Source: a virus (Duplodnaviria; Caudoviricetes). From it: DNA of 49,029 nt. Shown one piece after another: positions 9,979 through 19,074 of this stretch. The number at the start of each line of letters is the position of its first letter. Positions within the stretch are counted from its first letter, which is position 1. The notes under the pieces are model-generated. The model searched no databases and was not told the origin of the DNA. It saw only the letters and a program-made list of their open reading frames with translations. Where the stretch lies: IMG/VR virus record IMGVR_UViG_3300022852_000007, positions 1-49,029 of that record. One strand, written 5' to 3'. Both the position numbers and the translations under genes were made by a program.

Positions 9979-12900
9979 TCACTTGGCGTTGATTTGGGCT
10001 TGCAACTTTCCAATTGCAACCAGAATTGAGTCTGTATCCGATACCTGAGCCGTACTGGAAACGGAAAGACCAGTGAGAGTTGCGGCCCTGGACAAAGCTG
10101 CTATGTCAGATGCAACAGGAATTTCTGTCCAGCTGGTCCAAGCACTACTCAAGCGAACACGATAAAACAACTTCGGGTTGGCAGTCGATTGGCCTGCGTG
10201 CATCGCCAGCTGGGTCGTCAATGTCGAGCTGTATGCCGCGACCAACACAGTGCCTGATTGACCGGCTACTGGAGGGTTGAGGGCTGTGTTGGTGTATCGA
10301 TAAATGCCGCCAGTCGTGCCATTGTTCAGGTCGCTCAGCGACGCCGACTGACTTGTCCCGATCCCAAGTCTTGCCATTTCCGACTGCAAGAATGCGCAGT
10401 TGGCGATCTGCGTCGTCGCAGTGGCAGCTGCTGGAGTGGGCGTACTTGGGGTTCCGGTAAATGCCGGACTATCGTTGTATGTGAACTCAACCCATGCAGT
10501 CCAGGTCGGCGCAGCTGCCCCAGGCGTTCCAGTGCAAGTCCTGATGGCCGTCTTCCCGTTCTGACCATAGATGATTTGCACGGCCTGGAACTGCGTTGCA
10601 TCATTCTGGCGAATGGAGAAATCAACGTGGTTGGATGTTGTCCAGCCTGCGGGATAGTCGGTGGTTGATCCGATGGTGCGATACATCCCTGACCCGACAT
10701 TGGAGCAGTTGTTCAGGGATGTGTTTGGCCAGTTCGGCTGGTTAACGGTATTGCCCAGGCCGAACGACTGCATGACTGCCAGTGTCGAGTCAACATAGGC
10801 CACTTCTTGCCAAGGGGTCCAAGTGCCCGCCCACATTTGGCGGTTCCAGCGACGGTTCTTGTTTGCAGCAACTGACGTGATTGGCGTAGCTGTTTGTGTA
10901 TGGCCGTTGGCTGCCGTGCCTGCAACGTGCCTGATGACGTGACCGACGGTGGTGATTGGCAGGCCTGCTGCAACAGAGGATTCAATGCTTGCCACAAATG
11001 TTGCAGTGGTCCTCCAAGCATCCAAGTCTGGGGATGAGTTGGCATTGCCAGTTACGCCAAGACCAAACGAGTTGATCAGGGCGGTGCCGCTGACCATGTC
11101 AAGGACTTCGGCCCAATTTGCACTGTCATATCCCGATTTTTTGATGTATCCTTTCCCCGAGTCAGAAAGGACAAGGCTTCCAGGCTCGCCAGTCAGGGCG
11201 CCCTCTGGCGTTCCGTGATAGGTGTACATCGTTGTCGAGTAAAAGAAGCTTCCGGTCGAATCGACAAGTTTGATGGACTTTGCAGACTGCGGCTTTTTGA
11301 TTCCGCACTGATAAATGCGAAAGCGCCGTTGACTTGGCTGACCAGAAAGAATGCCGGCCATCAGCGTTACGCCGCCAGCAGAATTCGTCACCAAGCTCAG
11401 GCCTTCTGGCTCATATCGCGATCCGTCACCGTCCAGAGCTGCTTGTTCGCGACCAATAGTGATGTTAGTGTCAGATGCCAGCAAGGCGCCGCGAATGGTG
11501 TGGACGCTCAAGCGTTTGTTTACGTCAGCAGAGAACCCTGTTCCGCCCGCGATCAAATACACGTTTTGGCCGTCGCAAGCAATGCCTTGCAGTGGGTTGC
11601 TTGAGTTGGTCAGAATCCCAAGCGTGCTCCACTCATAGAGGGCAAGTCCGGTGCAGTCGCCTGGTCCGTGGTCCAGCAGGTCTTTGATTCTGAACACTCG
11701 GACGCGGGTATCAGAGGCGTCAGGAGAGCCAAAGATCATGCCATGGGCAACGAGGTACTGGCCACAAGAGCTTACTGCTGGTGTGCAGGATGTGCTGTTG
11801 GCAAACTGATTGACAGGGAACAGCTCATAAACCTCTGCCGTGTCGATTGTCACGCCTGGGGCGTAATCAAAGCGAGCGGCAAAGCGACCGCCAGCGCTGG
11901 ATGTCGTCCAAAGCTTGATGTTCGAAGTGTTCTTGATTCGTTCAACCGACAAGCCCTGGTGACCAATAGCCGTTCCACCAGGAAGGCTAAAGTCAATTGG
12001 CGATACGCCAACGCGACCGTCCATAGGATAGCGCGTTATTGCCCCGCCCTCTGTCAGGTACATGTGACGATTCATCTCGTCAAATGCGAAATCCTGCGCG
12101 CCGCGAATCGTTGTTGATCCATTGATCTCAAGGATGTCATAACGAATCAAACAGTTGGAGGAAAAGTTGAGCTGTCGCGCGCCAAGGTCGGTGATTGTGG
12201 CTACGTCACTTGTGAGCGCTTCCAATTTGCCAGGCAGATCGCCGCCACTTTGTTCGGCTTTCTTTGCCCAGTGGAATGCAGAATACTGATCCCCTGTAAC
12301 TGGAACGTCTTCTGGGTTGTTTGCCCATGCATCGGCCCTGACCTCTGCTGCCTCTGCCCCTTCCTGGGCTTCCTGGGCTGCTCCTTGGGCCGTTTCAGCC
12401 CCGGTGCGGGCCTCTACAGCGGCTGCACGGGAAGAATCGGCTAGGGTGGCGCTGTTGGCTGCATTCGATTCGGAAGTTGCAGCTGCATCGGCAGAGGCCC
12501 TTGCATTTGATTCGGAAGTTGCGGCTGCACCGGCAGCTGTCTGGACCGCAGAAAGTGAGTTTGCAGCAGCTTCGGCTGACTCGGATGCTTGTGTTGCGCT
12601 TGTGGCCGCTGCATTGGCTGACATGGCAGCTGCAATCCGGTCTTCGTCGGTCAACTGCGCTGAGTTGGCTGCTTGCGTCGCGTAGGCTTGCGAAGAATCG
12701 CGCGCGTTAATGGCACTTTGCGCAGAAGAGGCTGCGCTTGTGGCTGAAGCCTGGGCGTTGTCGGCCAAGCTGGATGCGCGGTCTGCCTGTTCAGTTGCGG
12801 TTGCAGCGGCGTCGATGGCCTCTGCAATGTCCATGCACTGAAGAGATATGGTATAGTTCAGTGCATCAATGACCACTTTCAGGCTGTAGAAGCCGTTTGG

Positions 12901-13077
12901 AGCAGCAAAGTTCATTGCACCGTTGGCTTGAGAAAGGAACGGGTTATCGAGCGGTGACCCGTCCGCATCCTCAAGTCCAGTTGCAAGCGTCTCTGTGCCA
13001 CGCAGGTACAAATAGCAAGTCGCGCCTGCGACGGCATTGCCGCGCTGGTCTTGTGCAAAATATGACTTCAGTTCCAT
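9979..13077 (-). CDS. Multidomain fibre/receptor-binding protein 1
   Basis: Start ATG 13077 after GGAG; N-terminal anchor, Ala-rich coiled coil, AWANNPEDVPV..YSAFHWA motif, GHQGLSVE/LQGIACD/YEPEG domain, three knob-like units ending WTPW/WTAW/WTSW, C-terminal TDSILVAIGKLQAQI. Confidence 0.85.
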   Translation of the reverse strand: MELKSYFAQDQRGNAVAGATCYLYLRGTETLATGLEDADGSPLDNPFLSQANGAMNFAAPNGFYSLKVVIDALNYTISLQCMDIAEAIDAAATATEQADRASSLADNAQASATSAASSAQSAINARDSSQAYATQAANSAQLTDEDRIAAAMSANAAATSATQASESAEAAANSLSAVQTAAGAAATSESNARASADAAATSESNAANSATLADSSRAAAVEARTGAETAQGAAQEAQEGAEAAEVRADAWANNPEDVPVTGDQYSAFHWAKKAEQSGGDLPGKLEALTSDVATITDLGARQLNFSSNCLIRYDILEINGSTTIRGAQDFAFDEMNRHMYLTEGGAITRYPMDGRVGVSPIDFSLPGGTAIGHQGLSVERIKNTSNIKLWTTSSAGGRFAARFDYAPGVTIDTAEVYELFPVNQFANSTSCTPAVSSCGQYLVAHGMIFGSPDASDTRVRVFRIKDLLDHGPGDCTGLALYEWSTLGILTNSSNPLQGIACDGQNVYLIAGGTGFSADVNKRLSVHTIRGALLASDTNITIGREQAALDGDGSRYEPEGLSLVTNSAGGVTLMAGILSGQPSQRRFRIYQCGIKKPQSAKSIKLVDSTGSFFYSTTMYTYHGTPEGALTGEPGSLVLSDSGKGYIKKSGYDSANWAEVLDMVSGTALINSFGLGVTGNANSSPDLDAWRTTATFVASIESSVAAGLPITTVGHVIRHVAGTAANGHTQTATPITSVAANKNRRWNRQMWAGTWTPWQEVAYVDSTLAVMQSFGLGNTVNQPNWPNTSLNNCSNVGSGMYRTIGSTTDYPAGWTTSNHVDFSIRQNDATQFQAVQIIYGQNGKTAIRTCTGTPGAAAPTWTAWVEFTYNDSPAFTGTPSTPTPAAATATTQIANCAFLQSEMARLGIGTSQSASLSDLNNGTTGGIYRYTNTALNPPVAGQSGTVLVAAYSSTLTTQLAMHAGQSTANPKLFYRVRLSSAWTSWTEIPVASDIAALSRAATLTGLSVSSTAQVSDTDSILVAIGKLQAQINAK

Positions 13078-13090
13078 GCTATTACTCCAC

Positions 13091-13122
13091 AAAACAAAAC
13101 TAAAGGCGCAAATGCACCTTTA
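13091..13122 (-). terminator. Intrinsic terminator-like hairpin between collar gene and fibre genes
   Basis: Minus strand TAAAGGTGCA-TT-TGCGCCTTTA followed by GTTTTGTTTT. Confidence 0.6.
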
Positions 13123-13515
13123 AGAAACTTTCGGGCTTGCCGTCTCGACAGACCCGATGTCGACACCGATGCATACGGCCCAACCATCTTCGTGGAACCA
13201 AGATCCCTGGGTGCCAAGGTTGTAGACACGGCCCTTATAGGTGAACTGGTCGCCGCTGGAGTCACGTTCGATATCGATCATATCAGCAGATGCAAAAACC
13301 TTGACATAGTTCTTTTGAAAGTCAAGGCCATAATCTTTATACTTTGTGCGCGGAACTCTTTGCACTGAGGCTCTCAAGTTGAAACCCTGCTCAAAAACAG
13401 TCACCCACTGCTTTACAGCGTTCTGAGAGCGAGCGCCAAATTTGAAATAAACAATGACGGTGAATTTGATTAGCCTAGATGCCTGCTTCAGCAAGTTGCT
13501 GCCTGGAGTGCTCAC
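13120..13515 (-). CDS. Head-closure/collar protein
   Basis: 131 aa; PGSNLL, ASVQ, RDSSGDQF, W..EDGW motifs. Confidence 0.75.
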   Translation of the reverse strand: MSTPGSNLLKQASRLIKFTVIVYFKFGARSQNAVKQWVTVFEQGFNLRASVQRVPRTKYKDYGLDFQKNYVKVFASADMIDIERDSSGDQFTYKGRVYNLGTQGSWFHEDGWAVCIGVDIGSVETASPKVS

Positions 13516-13976
13516 CAGAACAGCCCTCCAACTTTTCGGAAGCCGTCGCGCTCAGGCAAGCCGCCGACTGCGATGCCGCCGACTGCCTTCAAACCGAGCA
13601 AAGCCCAAAGTGCGGTCCCATATGGAGTGGATGCAAGCCAGAACTGCCAACCATCTTTTGCTGGTGGCGCCAGCTTTGAAACAGACACTTCGCCAACGGA
13701 TGCCGATGTGCTGAAGCCACCCTGCTCGCTTCCGCCACCGCTGCCATCCTCTGCGCCATCAAGCGACTGTGCACCGATGACATAAAGATGAGCAGCAAGA
13801 TAATTGACTGCCATAACCAGCGTCTTGCCGTTGAGGACGTAGCATGGAGAGTCTTCGACGGCAATGAACTCGCGTGCCATTTCCCAGTACGCTTCCAGAA
13901 TCGCCTCTGGATACACAGCAGGATCTTTGAAAGCAATCAACTGTGTGCGAAAAAATTGATCGTCGTACTGGGCCAT
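13512..13976 (-). CDS. Head-tail adaptor (DUF4054-like)
   Basis: 154 aa; YLAAHL, SASVGEVSVS, WLASTPYG motifs. Confidence 0.85.
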   Translation of the reverse strand: MAQYDDQFFRTQLIAFKDPAVYPEAILEAYWEMAREFIAVEDSPCYVLNGKTLVMAVNYLAAHLYVIGAQSLDGAEDGSGGGSEQGGFSTSASVGEVSVSKLAPPAKDGWQFWLASTPYGTALWALLGLKAVGGIAVGGLPERDGFRKVGGLFW

Positions 13977-13987
13977 GGCAACCTACC

Positions 13988-14431
13988 TTAGATGCGGAAT
14001 TGAGCGTCGGGATCGATGTCGCGCTGGGTGCTCACCTTCACTTTCTCACGGAAGCTTTGGCCGTTCTGCTGGGCGTAGCCGTCGCGCTTGGTCATGTTGG
14101 TGTTGACCTGACGTTTCACTTCTGCGTGATTTCCGCGAATGTCTTGATTCAGCGGCTTCACCAAGCCCTTTGCCAGGTGCTTCTTGAAGAGGTAATGTTC
14201 CTTCAAGATTTCGTAGTCGGCATCGGAAACCGAGGTTACGATGCCAGAGGCAGTCCAGATAGGGGCGCCTTGGCCGTCGCTGGCCATCTCACCGAATCCG
14301 CTGCGAAGCGAAGGAAGGTTGGCGCCACCGAAGATGGTCACCTTTTTCTTTGGGACCGGCAGATTGCCGATCTTTTCATAAACTGTGTACGATACCGAGT
14401 TGGTCATCGTCGAAAGAATGTACTTGCTCAT
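13988..14431 (-). CDS. Conserved hypothetical virion-module protein
   Basis: 147 aa between major capsid and adaptor. Confidence 0.7.
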   Translation of the reverse strand: MSKYILSTMTNSVSYTVYEKIGNLPVPKKKVTIFGGANLPSLRSGFGEMASDGQGAPIWTASGIVTSVSDADYEILKEHYLFKKHLAKGLVKPLNQDIRGNHAEVKRQVNTNMTKRDGYAQQNGQSFREKVKVSTQRDIDPDAQFRI

Positions 14432-14489
14432 GGTGTTTGTAGTCCTAGTAATTACGTGGAAATAGGCCCCTACAGCCTAAGCCCATCGG

Positions 14490-14520
14490 AAAATGGCGCG
14501 GGTATCAGCCGCGCCATTTT
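14490..14520 (-). terminator. Terminator after major capsid gene
   Basis: AAAATGGCGCGG / CCGCGCCATTTT 12-bp stem with T-runs on both strands. Confidence 0.8.
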
Positions 14521-14547
14521 ACTTTGTTTCCGACCGCCAGTAAACGA

Positions 14548-15708
14548 TCAGATACCGCCGACGCGAACCACCGCATATGGACGCTTGCACATGGTGCCTG
14601 CGGTGCCGTTGGCGTAGTCTTCGACATACGATTTGGCGCGCTTCTCGACGCCCAGGGTCATGAACTTGGTCTGCACCAGCTGGGCGAAGGTTTCGCCGCC
14701 ATCGGTGGAGCCGTCGATGGATGCGTCAACATCGTCTGCATACAGATAGAACATGTCTTCTGGGTCTTCAGAGCCGATCACAACGCCAGTCAGCTCTGGT
14801 GCAGAGCAGATGCGCATTTTCGGATAGGTCTGGGTGATCCAGTCGCGAACCGACACACCGAAGTCGGTGGTGACGGACAGGTAATCGACCTTGCTGGTTG
14901 GCAGGGCCAGGGTCAGCTCGACCTTTTCAGGGTCAATCTGGTCCTGGGACTGCGTGCGCAGCTGGACGACGGCCATACGGATGTCGCCGGTGATGTCCTG
15001 GAAGTCGGTGCCGGCAGCGCCCCAGCCGCCAGTGACAGACGACGAAATGACGGCTGGCAGGTTCGGATCGTTGAGGAAGCCGAAGATGCGGCTGTTGCCC
15101 GAGTTCCAGCCGTAGAAGCCGACTGCGTTACGGAAGATTTCCAGCTGTACGGCAGCACCTTGGCGCTTGGTTTCTGCCGAATTCAGGCGCATTGCAGCAG
15201 CGCGGCCCTCTTCCAGCAGGCCAACGGCCATGCCCATTTCACCGCGAACGATGCCACGGCGCTCAAAGTTCACGTTCCAGCTGGTCAGCGGGATGTTGGT
15301 GAAGTCGCCGTATTCGGACACGGTGCCAGAAGGCTCCACGATACCTTGCACGATTTCTTCGTCTTCCCAGGAGCCGACAGTTTTGATGCCGATCAACTCG
15401 TCAATCTTGCGGGCCGCAGTCAGGACCTTGACAAAGCCTGGCAGCCAGGTTTGCAGGAACTGGATTGGGGTCGGGATCGATGCCTGGGTAACGGCAGGCG
15501 CGAACGCAGAGTCACCAACAGCCTTGTTGCTGGTGAAGGCGCCGGCAGCGGCCAGCTTCTGGATCTGGTCGTGTACGGTGGCGTGATCGAACACGACGCC
15601 GATGCGCGCCAGGCCGGCAACAGCCTCGTTGGTGATGGTCTTCATGTCGAACACCCGGGTCTTGCGACCGGGGATGTACGAGCGGGTGACGCTTGCTTGG
15701 CGAGCCAT
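14548..15708 (-). CDS. Major capsid protein (DUF2184-like)
   Basis: 386 aa, AAGGAGG RBS; [27 protein letters not shown] motifs; strong codon bias. Confidence 0.92.
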   Translation of the reverse strand: MARQASVTRSYIPGRKTRVFDMKTITNEAVAGLARIGVVFDHATVHDQIQKLAAAGAFTSNKAVGDSAFAPAVTQASIPTPIQFLQTWLPGFVKVLTAARKIDELIGIKTVGSWEDEEIVQGIVEPSGTVSEYGDFTNIPLTSWNVNFERRGIVRGEMGMAVGLLEEGRAAAMRLNSAETKRQGAAVQLEIFRNAVGFYGWNSGNSRIFGFLNDPNLPAVISSSVTGGWGAAGTDFQDITGDIRMAVVQLRTQSQDQIDPEKVELTLALPTSKVDYLSVTTDFGVSVRDWITQTYPKMRICSAPELTGVVIGSEDPEDMFYLYADDVDASIDGSTDGGETFAQLVQTKFMTLGVEKRAKSYVEDYANGTAGTMCKRPYAVVRVGGI

Positions 15709-15719
15709 TCGCGGCCTCC

Positions 15720-16337
15720 TTACTGAGTGAGTTGAACAGTGGTGTAGGTGGACACCAGCGCATCAACAGCCGACGCCGACAGGCTGACTGGGTTGATCAC
15801 GCGGCTGTTCGGAATTGCGATCATGCCCGCAGGCAGCGCACCGCTGTAGCTGATCAGGGCGCCGTATGGCAGCGCCAACGGGTTGTTCTCGGTGGTAATG
15901 CTGCTTGGCACGTATGCCAGGGCGTCACCATAGGCGATGGACTTGGCACCGGTGGTGTGGTTGAACACCTCAGCGTGCATGATCACCATGTCAGCGAATT
16001 CGGCATTCGCACCCTGCGGCAGGTCCATCGAAGAGGCCAGCGGGCCACCTTCTACGGTGCCATACAGGGCATAGTGCTTGGAGTGGAACAGAACGCCGTA
16101 GAAGCGTGGGCCGCCCACAACAACCTCAGCGCCAGTGGCAGCGATGGTGTTGCCGGTCGGGTCCAACTCAGCACTCCAGCCGAACGCACGGCTGATGCGG
16201 TTGGTGGATTTGCCCGGGTCTTCACCGATGGTGGCAGACGCGATGCGAGCGGGCTTTGCGCGCAGCGGGCCGTCTTTGGCGACTTCACCTGGGAAGCCGG
16301 TGGTGTACTGGCGGTACACAGTGGACTGGAAGGACAT
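15720..16337 (-). CDS. Capsid decoration/cement protein
   Basis: 205 aa, MSFQSTVY...GFPGE..DGPLRA; between protease and capsid gene. Confidence 0.8.
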   Translation of the reverse strand: MSFQSTVYRQYTTGFPGEVAKDGPLRAKPARIASATIGEDPGKSTNRISRAFGWSAELDPTGNTIAATGAEVVVGGPRFYGVLFHSKHYALYGTVEGGPLASSMDLPQGANAEFADMVIMHAEVFNHTTGAKSIAYGDALAYVPSSITTENNPLALPYGALISYSGALPAGMIAIPNSRVINPVSLSASAVDALVSTYTTVQLTQ

Positions 16338-16340
16338 GGC

Positions 16341-17705
16341 TTATTTCCCCTCAAGGTATGCGGTGAGTTCGGAAGTCGCATTGGCGCTATCGGCAGCACG
16401 ACGTGCAACATTGGAGGCGTCTGCCGTCTTGCGCGCTTCGACGCCGGTAAGGTAGCTGTCCAGCACCACGGCCTCTTGGCCTTTGGCGCATTTCAGCTTC
16501 AGCTTATTGACGCCATAAGCAGCGACTTTAGCTGAGTCCATAGCCCGGTGATCAAAGGCTCCAACAACTTTAGACAACCGGCTGACGAGGCGATCCTTAA
16601 CAGCAAGATCATCGTAGAAACGCTGAAGCGAAGCATCGCCCGCTTGAGCGTGAACTCCTGCTGCAGGGCCTTCCGGCGCTTTTCCTTGGCCGTTGGCTGG
16701 GATGTCGTCTTGGGCCGGGTCTTCGGGCGCGGCGTTATCTTGGATGCCTTCGGTGCCCGGTTCGACGGCGGCGTCATCTGCTGCTGGGTCATTCTGCGCC
16801 CCTTCGCCGGTCAAAGCCACCTTCAGCTGGGAGCAAAGTGCACCGAGTTGATCGAGAATTGCAACGACTTCTTGGTTGCCGCCAGCAGGCTCAGCAGCAG
16901 GTTCGGCCGCAGGTTCTGCAGCTGGCTCAGCAGCGGGTTCGACCACTGGATCTGCAGCAGGTTCGGCATCAGTGGAAACCGGCTCAGCGGCAGGTTCTGC
17001 AGCTGGCTCAGCGCCCGGTTGGTGCTCAGGCTCTTTAGCCTCTTCGGCCAAAAAGGCCTGGAGTGCTGGGATGAGGGCCTGCAGCTGTTCAACTGCATTG
17101 TCCATCGCCTTGCGGTTAAGCTTCATTGATTTTACCTCTTGAGGTTTGACATAATCAAAGCTAAAATGGTCGAAGCACATACCATCAAGCACTTTTGCTC
17201 CACTGACCCGGCCCTCTTTAACCAGCGCGATGTGGTTGCCGCGCAAGTTAATTTGCATCACCTCATACGGCTGCCCTTCAAAAACACCGGGCTGCTGAAT
17301 AAAGTCGCAGTTGTACCCAAGGGACAAATCCTTTTTGCCAGATTGCAATTGCTTTTGCAACTTGCGGGTGAACACTTTAAGATCACCGCGCATCCATGGC
17401 GCGTCATAATATACGTTCCCTGTCAATACGCCGTCAATGCCGTAATCTTCAGGGGCCGTGTCCTCTTGATCACCCTCAAACCCTGACAGCATCTCGTGAT
17501 CATCAATCAACGGGACGTTTTGAAAGGATTTTATTGCTTCAGGGCAACTGACTGCAGACTCTGGGCGATATACCTTGACGACTCGCATTGGGTCGCCTGG
17601 CAGGCCAAGTTGTCCAGCGCCATAGTCAAAAATGCCGAACGATGAAATTGGACACCCTTTTACCAAGAGGAATCCGTTTGCATCGCGCTGTCTGCTACTC
17701 GACAT
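16341..17705 (-). CDS. Prohead protease/scaffold (DUF2213-like)
   Basis: 454 aa; RQRDANGFL, VKVYRPES, LSLGY, GNHIALVKEGR; acidic Pro/Ala scaffold-like C-terminal half. Confidence 0.9.
   Translation of the reverse strand: MSSSRQRDANGFLLVKGCPISSFGIFDYGAGQLGLPGDPMRVVKVYRPESAVSCPEAIKSFQNVPLIDDHEMLSGFEGDQEDTAPEDYGIDGVLTGNVYYDAPWMRGDLKVFTRKLQKQLQSGKKDLSLGYNCDFIQQPGVFEGQPYEVMQINLRGNHIALVKEGRVSGAKVLDGMCFDHFSFDYVKPQEVKSMKLNRKAMDNAVEQLQALIPALQAFLAEEAKEPEHQPGAEPAAEPAAEPVSTDAEPAADPVVEPAAEPAAEPAAEPAAEPAGGNQEVVAILDQLGALCSQLKVALTGEGAQNDPAADDAAVEPGTEGIQDNAAPEDPAQDDIPANGQGKAPEGPAAGVHAQAGDASLQRFYDDLAVKDRLVSRLSKVVGAFDHRAMDSAKVAAYGVNKLKLKCAKGQEAVVLDSYLTGVEARKTADASNVARRAADSANATSELTAYLEGK
16880..17015 (-). repeat. 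In-frame EPAA tetrapeptide repeats (12-bp units)
   Basis: AEPAAEPAAEP occurs in two tracts of the scaffold region; approximate bounds. Confidence 0.8.
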
Positions 17706-17734
17706 ATATTGGCCCTAGCGTTGTTCTCGTGTGT

Positions 17735-17764
17735 AGTATAAGTGCACGCCGCAAGCCAAGGCAA
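17735..17764 (-). promoter_or_regulatory. Promoter for head operon (TTGCCT-N18-TATACT)
   Basis: -35 17764-17759, -10 17740-17735, 30 nt before ATG 17705. Confidence 0.65.
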
Positions 17765-17804
17765 CTAAGGCGCTGTAATATTTCGCAAGCTCCTTGGCCT
17801 TGTG

Positions 17805-18068
17805 TCGAAGTTGCGGTTGGTTTTGATGAACTATTCAGTCGCAACTAATTCCGCAACCCGCAACGCCGCGTAATACTTGGGCTGCACATACTTAGTTGCG
17901 TTATTGCGGATAAAATCTTATTTAGAAAAGTATAAAATAAAAGGGGCCTAGGACTTTTGCAGCGCGGCAACCCGCAACCGCAATTCCGCAACTAAGTATG
18001 TGCAGCCCAGGCGCGGCGCGGGTTTCGCGGTTGCGGATGGATATTGCGGCGATCCGCAACCGCAATTA
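17805..18068. repeat. Palindromic CCGCAA(C/T)-repeat element A with AT-rich core (candidate origin/packaging site)
   Basis: >10 CGCAA/TTGCG copies; perfect 23-bp inverted repeat 17878-17900 / 17987-18009 around an AT-rich core ~17909-17942. Confidence 0.85.
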
Positions 18069-18069
18069 G

Positions 18070-18216
18070 TCAAAGCAGGAAAATAAGGGAAAGGAATGCA
18101 ATGTCAATTACCGCCCAACGCCAACTGAAGAACTGGCTGTCGCCCAGTCTGTCATAAAGTTCAACGACTACTGCAGGAATGAATCCATCTTTTGTTTCCA
18201 CTTGTGCAGTTTGCAT
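18070..18216 (-). CDS. Small protein (48 aa) with hydrophobic C-terminus
   Basis: Hand-translated MQTAQVETKDGFIPAVVVELYDRLGDSQFFSWRWAVIDIAFLSLIFLL; starts 15 nt after MuF stop; weak GAG RBS. Confidence 0.5.
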   Translation of the reverse strand: MQTAQVETKDGFIPAVVVELYDRLGDSQFFSWRWAVIDIAFLSLIFLL

Positions 18217-18231
18217 GTCAATTTCTCACTA

Positions 18232-19074
18232 TTAAGGGTTAATGATTGGTACTTTTCTGCAACGACAGTTTATTGCCCATCCAGGCGGTCCCTGATCTGC
18301 TTTGGGGCCTTCCCATAACCTTGGGTCGTTCAGTTTGAATATCTGGCCATTTTTGTGAACATGGTCAGGGCGCGGTACTTTGCCTGCAGATGAATGCAAC
18401 CACTCAAACTCTTCACATCCATTCTCTTTCATTCTCTCATCACTGAGTGAACTGAACAACTTACTTGTCTGGTCCCTTGTGATTAGTTTTATTCTGTCCT
18501 CGGAAAATTCATTAGTCTTCCTCAGTGCGGCTTCGATGCCTGATGCGCCTTGACTTTGAGGGTCTGGCGAAGTCAATGACAGCATTACTGCAGTATATAT
18601 TTTCTCGTGCACATCTTGCTGAATGCCGGTGATCAACGTGTGGTTGAATTTCTGGGCTGCTCCAAGAACGTTGGCAACAGCCTCGTTGTAGGTCGCTCGC
18701 GGCTCGACTATCCCAGCAGATGACAGGCTGAATTTGGTTGCTGAAGTTGCATGCTCATCAGATTTCTTGACAAAGTCATCGGCCAAGCTCTTCGCAAATC
18801 CTGCAAAGATGTTCTCCCACTTAGATTGCAGAATTCCCATTACGCGCGATAGAAGGTCAGTTGCGGCAGCGTCCTGAGCGAAAAACTGCTTTACTGGGCG
18901 CGCCTCAATTGCTTTGTTGAGTTCGGCTTTGTAATCGGCCATCATCGGTTTGACTACTGCATTAAGCTGCTGCGCGTACCATATCCTTATGGCCGCGCTT
19001 GGAATGAGCGGGTTGCCCTTTCCGACTGGGTCAGGGCTTCTGCGCTTTCTTTCTTTGGATGCCTTAAATGCCAT
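18232..19074 (-). CDS. Minor head protein (MuF/SPP1 gp7 family)
   Basis: 280 aa; RIKLITRDQTSK, WLHS, RPDH, PGWAINCRC motifs. Confidence 0.9.
   Translation of the reverse strand: MAFKASKERKRRSPDPVGKGNPLIPSAAIRIWYAQQLNAVVKPMMADYKAELNKAIEARPVKQFFAQDAAATDLLSRVMGILQSKWENIFAGFAKSLADDFVKKSDEHATSATKFSLSSAGIVEPRATYNEAVANVLGAAQKFNHTLITGIQQDVHEKIYTAVMLSLTSPDPQSQGASGIEAALRKTNEFSEDRIKLITRDQTSKLFSSLSDERMKENGCEEFEWLHSSAGKVPRPDHVHKNGQIFKLNDPRLWEGPKADQGPPGWAINCRCRKVPIINP

Noticed and set aside
9979-11100. Diversity-generating retroelement or invertible tail-fibre cassette
   Set aside because: No reverse transcriptase or invertase in the window, and no near-identical nucleotide repeat pair seen; knob repeats are protein-level only.
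17805-18068. CRISPR or mini-array reading of the CCGCAAC repeats (also 37760-38050)
   Set aside because: Units are ~7 bp, in both orientations and irregularly spaced; the 19-bp repeat occurs only twice; no cas genes.
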